DNA of 64,000 nt from NCBI RefSeq assembly GCF_964355755.1, contig NC_092675.1, positions 17,456,912 to 17,520,911 on the forward strand, given 5' to 3'. The DNA is from Antedon mediterranea (taxonomy: Eukaryota > Animalia > Echinodermata). Below are positions 50,248 through 63,237 of this stretch, piece by piece (the stretch's first letter is position 1; each line of letters opens with the position of its first letter). Both the position numbers and the translations under genes were made by a program. Below the pieces are notes generated by a model. The model was not told the DNA's origin. It searched no databases and saw nothing but the letters and a program-made list of their open reading frames with translations.

Positions 50248-53205
50248 TTAAATATATTTCACTGGAACCATCCTAGACCACCGGCAACAATGAATCTTAA
50301 CAAGTGATTTAAAACGGTTATAATTGTTTTGTTTTCTTAATTCATAAGGTAGGCCATTCCAGAGTGAACTTCCATAATAAACAAAACTACGTTTGTATAT
50401 TTCGAGGTTACAACTGGGCAAATACAACAGATTATTTTCATAGTTTCTGGTTTGAATATTGTGTACACTACTAATATATTGCAAAACATCACATAAGTAT
50501 GAAGGTACAGATTCTTGTAAACATCTAAATATTGTACAAATTGTATGATATTCAATTCTTGTCTTAATTGTTAGCCAACCTAAATCATAATGCATTTGTC
50601 TAACAGGAGTTCGAATATCAGCACCTAGTATTAATCGTGCAGCTCTATTTTGTACCCTTTGCAATTTTAAAATATGGGCGTTTGAACCAGTACCCCAGAC
50701 TGTTGAACAATAGTCAATATGTGATAAAAATAGAGCATTGTATAATCTTTTAATAATTTTAGGAGATGTAAAACTTTTCAATCTATAAAATAGATGTAGA
50801 ATTTTTGATAGTTTTGCACATATAGAATCAATATGTACTTTCCATGAGAGTTGTTCATCAAATGTAAGTCCCAAATATTTAAACGTTTCAACTTTCTCAA
50901 TCGGAATGTTATCAAAAATTACTGTTTCATCTGTTGTTTTATTAACACGTGCATGAGTACCAAAAAGCATGTATTTGGTTTTATCAATGTTTAGAGTTAA
51001 TTTATGTTTATCTAACCATTGTTTTACATTTTCCAACTGTTCAGTTAAAACTGTTGTAAGCTCTTCATTTCATTTACATGCATAAAAAAGCGCAGTGTCG
51101 TCTGCATAGAGGACTGTTTTACAAATCCCATCAACACTATCATGTAAGTCATTTATGTATAAAATAAACAACAAAGGGCCAAGAATTGAGCCTTGTGGTA
51201 CCCCATAGTTGACATTTAAAATTTCAGATTTTTTTCCATTAAAATTAACAAATTGTTTGCGATTTTTTAAATAATTACTGAACCATGCAAGCTCAGTGTT
51301 TATCATTCCAAAGGTGCATAATTTACGTAATAAAATATCGTGGTCTACCGTATCAAACGCCTTTTTTAGGTCAAGAAAAATTGCTCCAATTACCAAGCCA
51401 TTATCAATATTCTTATATATATAATTGCATACATCTATCAGTGTAGTAGAAGTTGAATGTAACGACCTAAAACCAGATTGATTTTTACATAATAAATTAA
51501 ACTCATTTATATGATTCATAACTTGATTATGGATGCATCTTTCAAAAACTTTCATAACAATAGGTATAACAGATATTGGACGGTAGTTGTTAAGTTCATG
51601 TTTACATCCTCCTTTATAAAGCGGAGTAACCTTAGCACATTTCCATTCACTTGGAATAACACCAGATCTTAATGACCAGTTAAACAAAAAGGCAAGACTT
51701 TGAGAAATTTGTGAAGATGCAATTTTAAGTAACCTAGCGGAAATCCCATCAATTCCAGTAGCTTTTCCAATTTCTAACTTTTCCAACAAAGCTTCAATTT
51801 CATTTCCATTAATATCTTTAAAGTTGAAACGTTGTTGAAATTGTGATAACGATTCAACTGTAATATCGTTTTGGTTGTCATTAAAATGGGTTGCAAGTTC
51901 ATTAGAAATTGAACAAAAATATTTATTAAAATGATTAGCAATATCAGTTGGATTGTTTATTTCATTACCGTTTACATTGAGAGTTGTTTTAGTTTGTTTC
52001 TTTTTATTGGGTAAAAAGTCTTTCATGGTTTTCCATAATGTTTTAGTGTCATTAACATTATCCTTTAATTTATTATTTATATAGTCGCGTTTTAGTGATT
52101 TAGACAAATTATTTAATTTATTTCTTGCCTTTTTGTAAGAATTCCAATCATCTATGTTCTTAGTTTTTTCGGCTTTTTGTTTTAAATAATCACGGTCACG
52201 AGAAAGGGAAACAAATTCATCTGTAAGCCATGGAATATCAGTTCCCTTCCTCCTGACCGTCACCATAGGAGCATGAACATCACAAATATTAGTAAAAATG
52301 TGTTTCCAAATGTCCCAAGCCTCGTCAGCATCCTCGGACGCCTCACAAATACTCCACGGAGCAGATGCAAGATCAGAAATAAACAAATCTTCGTTAAATT
52401 TCCGGAAGGTTCTCGTATGTAAAATACGCGGGGGCAATTTTATTTTAATTTTTTTACGTATTGCATATATCAATGAGTGATCGCTAATTCCAATTGGTAC
52501 AACTCCAGTTTTGCTTATAAAGTCATCCCTATTTGAAAAAATTAAATCAATACAACTACTACTGTTTTCCGTTACGCGCGTTGGAGTTTTAATATACTGG
52601 TTTAATTGGAAAATTTGGTGGAGGGTTTTAATGTTCCGAGAATGCTGTTTATCAAATATATTCCAATTTAAGTCACCAACAACAATAATCTCTCTTATAC
52701 TATCTAGTATAAAAGATATTTGATCATGCATTATATCAACAAATCCAGTACACGAATTTGGTGGTCTATAAACATTACCTATAACGAACGGTTTAGTGTT
52801 AACCGGCTTAATTTTTATCCATACCGATTCAATTGTATTTTCACCAAAGTCAATGACATCAAAATCAACATTTTCGTTTACATAGATAGCCACCCCACCT
52901 CCGTGTCTATTTCTGTCTGTTCTAACTAATAGGTATCCTGGGATTGCAAGTTCACTATTATGTATATTTTGATCTAGCCAGGTTTCACTAATTCCTAAAA
53001 CATGGAAACGGCATTCCGAAAGTAAACTCCGAACATGGTCCACCTTATTATAGAGACTTCTGACATTTAAATGACCAATTTTAAAACCCTTTGTACAATC
53101 AATCTCGCATAATTTGCATAGTATGCCAAAAGCAGGATAAACAATAGAGTCGTTACGTAATTCAGCGTCGTCTACGTCGTTGTCTAAAAGGCTTACGATG
53201 TTCGT
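50248..53205 (-). CDS. LINE ORF2 (AP endonuclease + reverse transcriptase) with one in-frame TGA at 51070-51072
   Basis: HLNVRSL, ISETWL, VYRPPN, GDLN, SDH; NYRPIS, FLDLKKAFDTVDH, GVPQGSILGPLLF, YADDT, FKYLG. ORFs 51070-53043 and 50248-51036 are in the same frame. Confidence 0.92.
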
Positions 53206-53320
53206 TTAACAATTGAATTGGTTTAAATGGTTTATTACATGCGTTACAAATAAAATCTAAAATCATCTTATCTACATAAAATACAATACAAATTTAGGAC
53301 ATTTAAAATTCTCTTACACA

Positions 53321-54106
53321 TTACCTTTTACATTTAGGTAATTGTTTAAGATAGGAAGTTCTGGATAAAACAACTTTCTCGTTACTGCCAGTGATTATGG
53401 TATGTATGCGACCATCTTGTGTCCAAACTGCAGATACCACTGATGCATAGTTTTGCTTTACAGTACGTAGTAAACTTGATCTTTTGCTCGTAAGGTTTTC
53501 ATGAATGTAGATATGGCTCCCTTTTAATTTTTTCTTTGCTCTATATACTTCATTTCTAACATTATACGAACTAAACTTTACTATTATTCCTCTTGCTCTT
53601 CCGTTTTTCTTAACTTTTGGCCCCAATCTATGACTCCTGTCTATGCATGTTTTATCTACTTCTACGCTTAGCTTTTTCTTAAACAAATCCAAAACTATAT
53701 TGTCTGTTATCTCACCTTGTTTCTCTTCTATTCCTTGAATAATCAAACAGTTCCTTCTTGAATATTGTTCTGCTTCATCTAGCTCATTTTGTAAGTTCTC
53801 TACCTGTTGTTCTACTTTGCTGAGACGATCTTTAGTATCGTCAAGTTCGAAACGTATTGCTTCAATTGCTGCATCCGTTACAATTTGTGTAATGCTTTCA
53901 ATCAGCTGGTGTTTAACAATGCTCGCAATTTTCTCGGCTAGGTCATTGAAAATACTCGTATTTCCTTTAATTATATTGGAAATTTCATTTTGTACAGTAA
54001 TAGTAAGCGGTTCCACATCAATGATAGGTGCTGTATCAGTGTTCAGTTCGCAACACTCCTTACCGCTGTCCTTTTTACCACCTTTCCTTGTATTCTTTCC
54101 GGCCAT
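53321..54106 (-). CDS. LINE ORF1 protein (coiled coil + RRM-like)
   Basis: 261 aa; LDEAEQYSRRNCLIIQGIEE, IDRSHRLG, RGIIVKF, IYIHENLT, VWTQDGRI. Confidence 0.88.
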   Translation of the reverse strand: MAGKNTRKGGKKDSGKECCELNTDTAPIIDVEPLTITVQNEISNIIKGNTSIFNDLAEKIASIVKHQLIESITQIVTDAAIEAIRFELDDTKDRLSKVEQQVENLQNELDEAEQYSRRNCLIIQGIEEKQGEITDNIVLDLFKKKLSVEVDKTCIDRSHRLGPKVKKNGRARGIIVKFSSYNVRNEVYRAKKKLKGSHIYIHENLTSKRSSLLRTVKQNYASVVSAVWTQDGRIHTIITGSNEKVVLSRTSYLKQLPKCKR

Positions 54107-54620
54107 GATGGTGTATTAATACGTACATGTACAGCAGACAAACACCGACAAGTAAATGCTAGGCTACAGGAGTGCCCTAACACAACAACTGTCCTGCGGG
54201 AAATTTGAACTGTCACCGCGTAGTGAGGCTGAATGTAGTGAGGCTAGAGAGAGCGATTTAGAACACGTCTGCTCTTAACGACGACTACACTAAAGACTAG
54301 TTGTTGATTATATTAAGAAATTATTGTATTATAGTTTTCATAAGCTTTTCTGATAACCTCTCTTAATATTTTGGGTTAACATTTTGTTTAGGTAGGAGTG
54401 ACCATAATATTTGATTCAACAAAATTAGGAAAACTATCTTTTTGGTAGGCCTATGGTATTTTAATTCAAAATGAATATATTTTCTAATAAAATACAAAAT
54501 GTTATTATCTTATGAAAAGTGCGAGAGCTTCTAAGTACTTTCCTTTAAACAATTTGTTACAAGTTTGAAAACAATCACAAACGAATTATACATATTTGTT
54601 GTCACAGTAGCTTACAGTTT

Positions 54621-57600
54621 TCAGCTAACATCTTTACTTTGACAGAAAACAACAACTCGGTTTCCAACTCTGCCATCTGGGAAATGTGAGTGAAAGACAT
54701 CATGACACTGCAACAAAATAAGTACAAAGTCAATCTTGTGTGTCATGTAAAATCACTACAGAATCTAGTTGGAATTTAATTTAATTCAAACTGTCTTAGC
54801 ATAAAAATGGTCTTATTTAGGTAAATATTACTTGGAGTATGCGAAAAATATTTTTGCTTAGAATTATCAATAAATCTATCTTAAGCAAATTTAAGGATTC
54901 AAGGCAAAGTTAAGACAATTTATTTGCTAAGAAAGTTTGATATATCTGGCCACTGAAACTTGAACTCTTTTCTAACTTTGTTCTTGTTGATGAAACAACT
55001 ATAATACAGTACTAACATTTATATTATTTTACCTTTGTAAATTTCCAAAATTCCAAAAAATCTTTAATATCCTGAAAGAGAAAATGGAATGGAATTGCTC
55101 TATTTATCACATATTACATCCGTGGATAACATGGATAAAAAAGTATAATAGTAGAGGGGGCATATATAAATTATCAATAGAATAATACATTTGATTATAA
55201 AGCTAATGTATGTAATATCAATTCCTCCTGTTGCAAATCCATCTTTTGCCCTTTTGTAGCTTTTCTCATTTCATTTCTGTTTGAAGCACAAGCATGCCTG
55301 AGGAAAAGCCGAGTTTCATCATTCACCAAATGCCATTATTTGTACCATTACATGAATATAAAACATTCAGTATTAATTTTTGTTTTATATAACATCTAGA
55401 TTCCTGTCATTTGAATCAGATTGAATAAAAGGTACTTACTAGGTCAGGCCTAACTAACTAACAGGCCTAGAAAGACAGCGACAACCATTACAAAACTTCA
55501 AACTCATTTAGGCTAATTTGTTTTTTCCAACGTGTAGAGATGTTCCCACTAATTAATCAAAATCATACAAACGATCTAAAGCTAATTTAAATGCCTTTTT
55601 TGGTCAAAATTATTACATATCTCTCCAAAAATGTACTTCCATCAGTCATAACATTCAATCTTTGCGGCGGAAGTACAAAATAGGTGGCGCTGTTGTATTT
55701 CAAAAGCGATAGTATAAAAAAAAAATTTCTAAAAGTGAAAAAACGTTTTTTTTCGTACACAAAAAAATGTACTATTGAACAACTGATCAATATTGCATAT
55801 TATATAACACCTATATAAATTCCTGTCATTTGATTGGACGAATGTGGGTCACATGGCGTGCAATAGTACGCACTATTCAACAATCGTTAAATAGTACTTT
55901 TTGAAACATTTTTGTTTGTTATTTAGATGTTATATAAAACAAATAATGAATGTTTTGTATTCGTGTAATGGTACAAATAATGGCACTTGGTGAATGATGA
56001 AAGGTTATATCAACTCGGCTTTGCCTCGTTGATATAACCTTTCATCATTCACCTCGTGTCATTATTTGTACCATTGCACTCATAAACATTCATTATTTGT
56101 ATACTATTGCCACGAAAGATTGAATTTTATGACTAGTTTCAGTTGCCAGATGAAGTCTTGTAATGGTTTATATGTTTATAGTTTCTAAAATTCAAATTAA
56201 TATAATACTGTATTTAATATATTATAAAAAAAAAAATATATATATATAGACTTGCACTGATGAAGGGCTAGTGTTGCCCGAAAGCTCTGCTAACTTTTCT
56301 GGCTGTTTTACTTTATCGTTTCGATTTAGCTTATCGCTTTTTTATTGTAATGCATACACCCACAGCATTGTCAATTATTTAATTAATTTTTAAACGATAA
56401 AGATGAGGAAATCTGTATATATATATATATACATATATAAAAGGTGCATTTTTGTTGTGAATACTCTTAGCATTTTGCAAAGCCCGCTCGTTGAGCTTGT
56501 GCACTCTTTGTGTTCATAATCAGTGTACCATGTCCCGCATACCTGGCTCAGCCTATATATTGTGCCAGTTCTGCGGTACATTTCATTTCGAAACCTGAGC
56601 TGCACTGACGAGATCTAATAAGATCGAAACAGTACTGTCTGCAGATTGGATATATATATAAAAATCCAAAGGCAAATTACTGAAAAAATGACAAACCACA
56701 TAAATGTTACTGTTTCAATGTAAATCAAATGTAAGGCCTACCTTTTATTCAAATGTAAGGCCTACCTTTTATTCAAATGTAAGGCCTACCTTTTATTCAA
56801 ATGTAAGAACTACCTTTTATTCAAATGTAAGGCCTACCTTTTATTCAATCTTATTTAAATGACATCTAGATGACATCTATTTAGATGTTATATAAAACAA
56901 ATAAATGAATGTTTATATTTGTGGGATGGAACAAATGTCATTTGGTGAATGATGAATGGTTATATTTTCACAAGGCAAAGCATTTCACCTCATGGCATTG
57001 TTTGTGCCATTTTATTTATAAGCTTTATTATTTGTTTACTACAGTATACTACACAAATGTACTATTCAAAATATTACTAAACAAATTAAAAACCACTATG
57101 ACAAAAACAGAAAACTTGCTGGTAACACTAGTTTATAGTATACTTACATCTACCAACCTATCAAACATAACCAAGTGTGTTGTTGGTTTGTTTACTAAAT
57201 TAAACTCTTTGTCCAGCCATTCTTTAGGGTTTTGGTAAAATATATCTGCCTCATCAACATATTCAGTATTCTTAAGGTCTGGTTGACACTCCAAGAACCG
57301 CATTGGAAAGTTTGTATGAATATAACTAAAACAAAAAAAAATAATTACAGAAAATATTTGATAAAAAAATAGCAATAGTGTTATAGTAATAATAGTGATC
57401 CACATAAACTCTGTTGAAATGACAGCCATTTTAAAATGCATGTTAGTCTCACTAGTTAGCTCCTCAGATGACACCTTTAAAATGTCAACCTACCTGTAAT
57501 ATGGGGTTGAATGGCATGGCATGAGAAACATAACTGATGCTGTTCCTCCAGATGCTGCTAGCAATCTTAAATATTCCATGACTTGAATGACACCTCTCTG

Positions 57601-60600
57601 GTGAACGAGTCCAGTGTAAGCTGCTATAAAGATGCTAGCAATTACTAAGACCAACATAATCACCAAAGACTGTTTGGTTCTTATCATATTAAACATTGCT
57701 ACACCTTTTAAAAGAAATAGTGACACAGCTGACAATTATCAAAGTACTATTAATACAGTATTTAAAAGCTTGATAGCTGTAAGAATATACGGTGGTAACA
57801 TAAAATCTGGGAATTAATCTGTAGGGATGAGGGCATGGCATGAACTTACCATTAAACAATGCAACAATAGGTAGCAATCCCATTAAAAATCTGAACTCTT
57901 TGTGACCAAGAAAACTGGAAAAAGAAAAGAATTACTATAAAAAATGATATACAGAAAGATATCTTTTATACAAATATATTTTATTTGAAAATATGCTTGA
58001 GGAAAACCCTACTTCAATTATGCTGATGATCATCAATAAAGAAGAAGAAATATTTCAAGGAAGACGACAAATTCAAGAAAAGAAAAATGGTCAGGACAAC
58101 AAACAGGATGAAGTCATTTTATGTGGCATTTACAGAGACAACCTCAATCAATCAATTTAAAGCTGGTTTGGAGAAACACTGGTCAGTCTGACCACCATAT
58201 AAAAATGTTCTCCTTATAATGATTGAGACAATGGTTCATTCATGGAGGGACACACAGGCACTGCCTTAAATGTTTCAACATCAAGGTATATTAAGGTAAT
58301 ACAATAAGCAAAATTTAAACATACCTATATATAATTATGGTCCATAAAATGATAAATAGCCACTGCTTTAACTCTCTGCCATGATAAAAGACCCCAATAG
58401 CAAACAGTACAATTTGAGGACCCAGTAGCACTGGAAAGCCCTGGGTTATATACCAATACCATGGATGAACACCATAAAAACCAGCCATGTTATAGAACAG
58501 GTTAAACTTGAGGAAATTTAATTGAACGAGAATCCACTAAAGAAAAGAAAAATATAACATATAGTGTGAGAACGTGTATTGTATAGATCACTTTTAATTA
58601 TCAAAATACTACATGTTTGGCTAGAAATATGGTTAAAAACAATTGTAATGATTAATTTTGAATTATGCCATGATCAATTAGGAATTTATAATAATGCAAG
58701 ATTTGTTTGTTTAGGTTGGCTAATTTATTATGCTACAGACGAAATAAATTATATTTACCTTCCCATAAAATATTCTGTCTAATACAAGAGATAGCAACAG
58801 CAAAGAAATACAAATAGGTGCAAGAAATTTAAATATGAACTTCAGTTTGTATTGTTCTACCAGAAAATGTTGAAATACAAGAGGAATCCAGATGATAGCA
58901 ACAGTTGGTCTTATGATAACAGCCAGACCAACTACAACCAGATATATCATACTAAAAAATAAACACAATTGTTGAATAGATATTTTCATATTAATTATTA
59001 TACATATTGACTGCTTAGAGGTTAAATATAAGATTTGACATCCCTGAGGAAATAATATTATGTTCGAGGGAATTTAATTTTCCCGAAGCGCTAGCTGAGA
59101 GAAATATATATTCCCCGAGAACATAATATCATTCCTGAGTGGATGTCAAATCTTATATTTTACCAATATAAAAGGCGATATCTGTTATATTACATAGCCA
59201 ACAACAAGTTGAATGTAACTGCTGGGTCGGGTGTAGCTATTCACCTTACCTTGCGAAGAATAATATACAGATAATTACTAATTAATGATTCCTTGGCAAT
59301 AAAATATTCACATAGGCCTAGGCCGTTTAAATTAACAGAAGAATTTCCATCAATAAGCCTACATTAATAATAATATTATTCAGGTAGGCCGAATAAATAA
59401 TAATTCTTTGAGGAGCCGAATCACCGGATGTTCAAGCAAGTTGTGTGGCGCATAGGATGAAGAGTTGTCTTGTGATGGAGTGACAATTCATTGCGAGTTC
59501 AAGTCCCAGTAGATGACTTTTGTTTATTTATTGCCAAACGCGAGTGTTGCCACACGAAAATTACAGTCAATATCACTTGTCTCGAGAATTTGCTGGATTT
59601 TATATGTTTAATGACAGGGACACGATAATTACGCGAAAATTACTCGGTCAATATTATCGTACTCGAGAAAATATATATGATGTATGATCCTCGCAGCGGT
59701 AGTCATGTGATGCAGTTTCAACCAATCACATTCATGTATTTACATAGGCTATGTAATATAACACAATGTATTCCTGTCATTTGATTGGACAATTGAGAGT
59801 CAATGAAGGCAGGAACAATGCGATCTTCCTCCCTTAACATACAATGGCAGCTTCCGGTTGCAATTTGGCTCTGTTTTGCATAAAGAAGTTTACAATTCTA
59901 TTTTTGTAGGACCCTTTAACACATTGACTGCCAAGGCATTTTCCGTAATTTCTGTCCCAGTGCCAAGTCCCGTTTACATATTAAATTACAGTTTGAAAGT
60001 GTAACATCTGGTCACAGACTATCATGATGTCATTCAAAATACGATGGCGGGAAAAACCGTTGAGACGTATAAATACGTCACTGGCAATGGTCCAACAATT
60101 TTATTGACTTTGCCAGGAACGTAAATATACGTCGGGGATTTTCCGCGCTAAAATCGGTCAAACCTATCATCGAGAGATAAAAACAGTAAACCACACTGAA
60201 TCATTTCATCCTTTATTATTTTTATTTACTATTAGCGCAATTTATGACATGTTTGAGATGATTATATTGAGTGTGAGGGCGCCATCGTATCAACCATATT
60301 CAATGCATGAGGGAATAAACACAAACAAACATATGACATTTATTTTTAGATTATCGTTTACGTACATCATTCATAAACTGCCATGCGATAATTCCTGTTC
60401 CAATCACCACTGCCAGCGATTCTACATACAATACAAAAGTGCTACGATTTTGACGTAGTATTACGTCTTGGCAAGTAGCGACACGCAATTTTTGACGTAT
60501 AAATACGCCGTGGCAGTGAACGTGTTAATATAAAAACATATAACAATAAAACACAACATAAATTAAATAAAAGTTAGAAAGAAACAACATTTCCTATATA

Positions 60601-62602
60601 CATTTTAGTGTTGTTCATCAGCATAAAGAGATAAATAGTGTTTTTAACATGTTTATTTATACATTTATTTTTTCTTTTAAAAACATCAGTTTATTACCGC
60701 CAGTACATGTGAAGTCTTTCCACAACTTTGGTCCGTAAGTGTATAAATTGTTGACTCAAGTCAATCTCATAAAGGGAATTTGAATTCAGTTTCTGTTCTG
60801 CGGTTATTGGTAAAACTGGCACAATAACTAAACATATTTAAAATATGATGTGGTAATTCTTCGAATCTTACATTTGCCATAATATCCTATGACGTTTACT
60901 CTGTGAATATCGTAAACGTTTAATATGTATTGTCCCTTGAAACACAAAAAATGAAAAAAAAAAAAATTCTAAATTTAAATTGGCCATATCAAAGTAATAT
61001 TAAAGTTCGATTCAAAAACAACAGTTTACGTAATTAACAGGTAAATTAATTAGATTATATTTCGTCTGAGAAATCGTCGCAAGCGAAAGTAAACAAAGAT
61101 TTCAAACCATGAGTACGCATTATGCATAATGCTAATTAGGATTGTTTACAACTCATCATGGTTGAGAAGGTGTTTTCACACAGATCGCGAGGAAGTTTTA
61201 TGATTATGCATACAGAGTAGCCAAACAAGCGCATTGCATTATGGGATATGTTTTGATTGGAAACTTTGACTTCCAGTCAAAGTTATTTTTTGAACAAAAA
61301 AACATATGTATTTTGGTTAAATTATTTTTTTTTTTGACTAATTTTTGGAGAAAATTAATAACTATTATGATACTTCAAAATGACCCACGTTTTTTCGAAA
61401 AAAAAAAAAAAAAATTTTTTTGGAATTAGTCAAAGGGACAATACATCTTTAAACAATGGCTCTGAGGCTTGTTTGAATTTAATGTAAGTAATGCATTTTA
61501 CAACTCTCATTTGGAGCTTTAAGAGGACTTCTAACGTGCTCTTATATGTATTACCCCATACCAAGTTACCATATTGAATATGAGGTAATACCAAGGTGTT
61601 ACACATTGTGGACAGACAAATGAGCAGGGCGCCATTTTGTGGCAGCACTTGACACCCTTAGGAGAGAATAAAGTTCTTGTATGTGTCATACACACCTGGG
61701 AGCAATTCAGCCCAGTTAGAATGCAAGACAGAGGTTATTCCTCCACATTTACATTTATATTAAAACTATATCACCACATCTCAATTGAGGTTTAATGAGT
61801 GGAGTAGAAATAGTTCTAAGTTATGTAACCTGACACTACTGTAGGTAAGGATTGAATCCGGGACTTTGGTATTTACCAATTAAGAAGTACATTGTGGAGA
61901 ATCATGCTATAAAATGTAATTCATTGAGTCATGTCTAATTACCATCAGCCTAACTATCAACATCTTACCTGTTCTTATGTTGACATAAGACAGAGTAATA
62001 AGTTAGTGCCACAGATGTGAGAACCATCTCCATTGTGTTTGCTAATGTACGGGTTGCTGTGAATAACACAAACCAGTTTGTTAAATGTGCGATGAGCTAT
62101 TACAGAATATTAAAGAAAATAACAAATAGCATTCACACACATTTAAAAAAACACCATAGTAGAGAATGTGAAAGCACCCTTATGCTATTCGTAGCACATA
62201 CAGTATTCTATTGTCATGAAAGGATACGACAAGCAAGGCAATGTTTGGGCTGGTCAGGTTTTTGGCAAAAAGGTAAATATGAAGATCTCCAATAGCACTG
62301 AAAACACCCTGAAGCATTCGAGGACTGTGGATCTAAGAAAACAAAATAATGCATTTAAATTTTTTAATTTGTAGAGTAAAAAACAGGTTTATAGTATATA
62401 TCATAAAATAAACGTAGCCTAGGCATTTAAAGTATAGGCTACTGTCCAGTTATAAAGTATAAAGACCTCAACACAAACTCTTACCAGAAAAAGTGGAAAA
62501 TCCAAATGTAGCAACTGCAAGATCTTAAACAGAACTGCAAAAATAAATGGATGGAGATATCCCCTTATGCCGATGTCCCATTCCCATGTGAGGTAGCCAT
62601 AT
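54621..62602 (-). CDS. PIGB: GPI mannosyltransferase 3 (PIG-B); last 10 coding exons, 5' end beyond the right edge
   Basis: Phase-compatible exons 62602-62485 (YGYLTWEW), 62332-62228, 62096-61969 (TRTLANTME), 58951-58759 (IIRPT..DRIFYG), 58536-58325 (NFLKFN..HPWYWYITQGFP), 57914-57850 (HKEFRF), 57728-57494 (YTGLVHQRG..MPCHSTPYY), 57325-57148 (PMRFLECQPDL..DEADIFY), 55071-55033, 54707-54621 (FHSHFPDGRVG..stop). Confidence 0.96.
56254..56290 (+). ncRNA. Minimal (Penelope-type) hammerhead ribozyme
   Basis: Stem I GCA/TGC, CTGATGA, stem II GGGC/GCCC, GAAA, palindromic AGCT in place of stem III, cleavage triplet CTC. Confidence 0.75.
56600..56644 (+). ncRNA. Type I hammerhead ribozyme
   Basis: Stem I CTGCA/TGCAG, core CTGACGA, stem II GATCT-AATA-AGATC, GAAA, stem III palindrome ACAGTACTGT, GTC cleavage triplet (cut after 56639). 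Confidence 0.88.
56725..56848. repeat. 24-bp tandem repeat x5
   Basis: TCAAATGTAAGGCCTACCTTTTAT units. Confidence 0.92.
59025..59762. mobile_element. Second family of non-autonomous hairpin element
   Basis: AATATAAGATTTGACATCC..GGATGTCAAATCTTATATT ~130-bp imperfect hairpin, then TATATTACATAG (about 59186) / CTATGTAATATA (about 59749) inverted pair. Same layout as the 12727-13057 family. Confidence 0.55.
59920..60524. mobile_element. piggyBac-like MITE
   Basis: TTAA|CACATTGACTGCCAAGGC ... GCCGTGGCAGTGAACGTG|TTAA. Confidence 0.75.
60924..61448. mobile_element. TTAA-targeting (Kolobok-like) MITE inserted in an old LINE fragment
   Basis: TTAA|TATGTATTGTCCCTT..AAGGGACAATACATCT|TTAA; the flank encodes a LINE remnant (LVLPHIQYGNLVWG). 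Confidence 0.78.
62097..62227 (-). other. U12-type (minor spliceosome) GT-AG intron in PIGB
   Basis: Donor GTATCCTTT; branch-like TTCTTTAAT 12 nt before TAG|. Confidence 0.88.
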
Positions 62603-62622
62603 GTAACTGAACGTTTAGGAAA
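62603..62622 (-). other. 3' end of a probable U12-type AT-AC intron in PIGB
   Basis: TTTCCTAAAC-GTTCAGTTAC|A TAT GGC TAC: U12 branch-like motif 10 nt before AC. The donor lies outside the window. Confidence 0.65.
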
Positions 62623-63237
62623 TAATAAGGTATTCCATTGGTACACATTGCCCATTTTATTTATAACTATCCTAATTGAAAAAAGTAGAAGTACATGTAG
62701 TGAGGAAGAAGAAAATACATTTCTAAATAACAAAATTGGTGCTACTGACGTAGTTTTAACGTTATATGACCAACGGTTTGCATTCTATGTGGCTTGTCAT
62801 GTCAATGGAAAGGTATGTAAGCTATATGTTAAGCTATCTAAATATTCCATTTATTTTTTTTTTTGAGCTATCAAGGGTGGGCCCTGCCTAAATTTCGGAA
62901 ATAATTAATAAAATAAATTATATTTTTCCTAAACAATAAGTATATAAATATATTGCCTGTTTTCCTAGACGCATTGGAAATATGATTCTTAACACAAATA
63001 AACCCCCAAGCTCTGTAGATCTTGACAATCGGTGGTTCCCAAACAGAACATGCACATCTACCATACTCAGATGTGTGTTATGCATTTCCAACCATCTATG
63101 GGTATCATTTAATTAAAATTCGTTATTTTTGTATAAAACATTAAAATATTTTAATCTGAAATAGTCTTTTGCTCCATTTCAGCCTCACCATGGTTGGGGT
63201 TGAAAAAAAATGTTAGAAAATATGGGCCTTTAGTTAA

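Larger units (their letters stand above)
50045..54297 (-). mobile_element. Near-intact full-length LINE of the CR1/L2 group (L2/Crack/Daphne-like)
   Basis: 5'UTR, ORF1, APE-RT ORF2, 3' stem-loop GGGCCCCTCGGAAGAGCAG..CTGAGAGGGCTACCC and (AATA)n tail. The 5' boundary is approximate and no clear TSD was seen. Confidence 0.93.

Noticed and set aside
51070-51072. Programmed readthrough or selenocysteine at the ORF2 TGA
   Set aside because: No SECIS or readthrough context was evident; a nonsense mutation or base error is simpler.
61620-61870. Conserved ncRNA in a PIGB intron
   Set aside because: It looks like a degenerate minus-strand SINE (B-box-like CGGATTCAATCC); too decayed to call.
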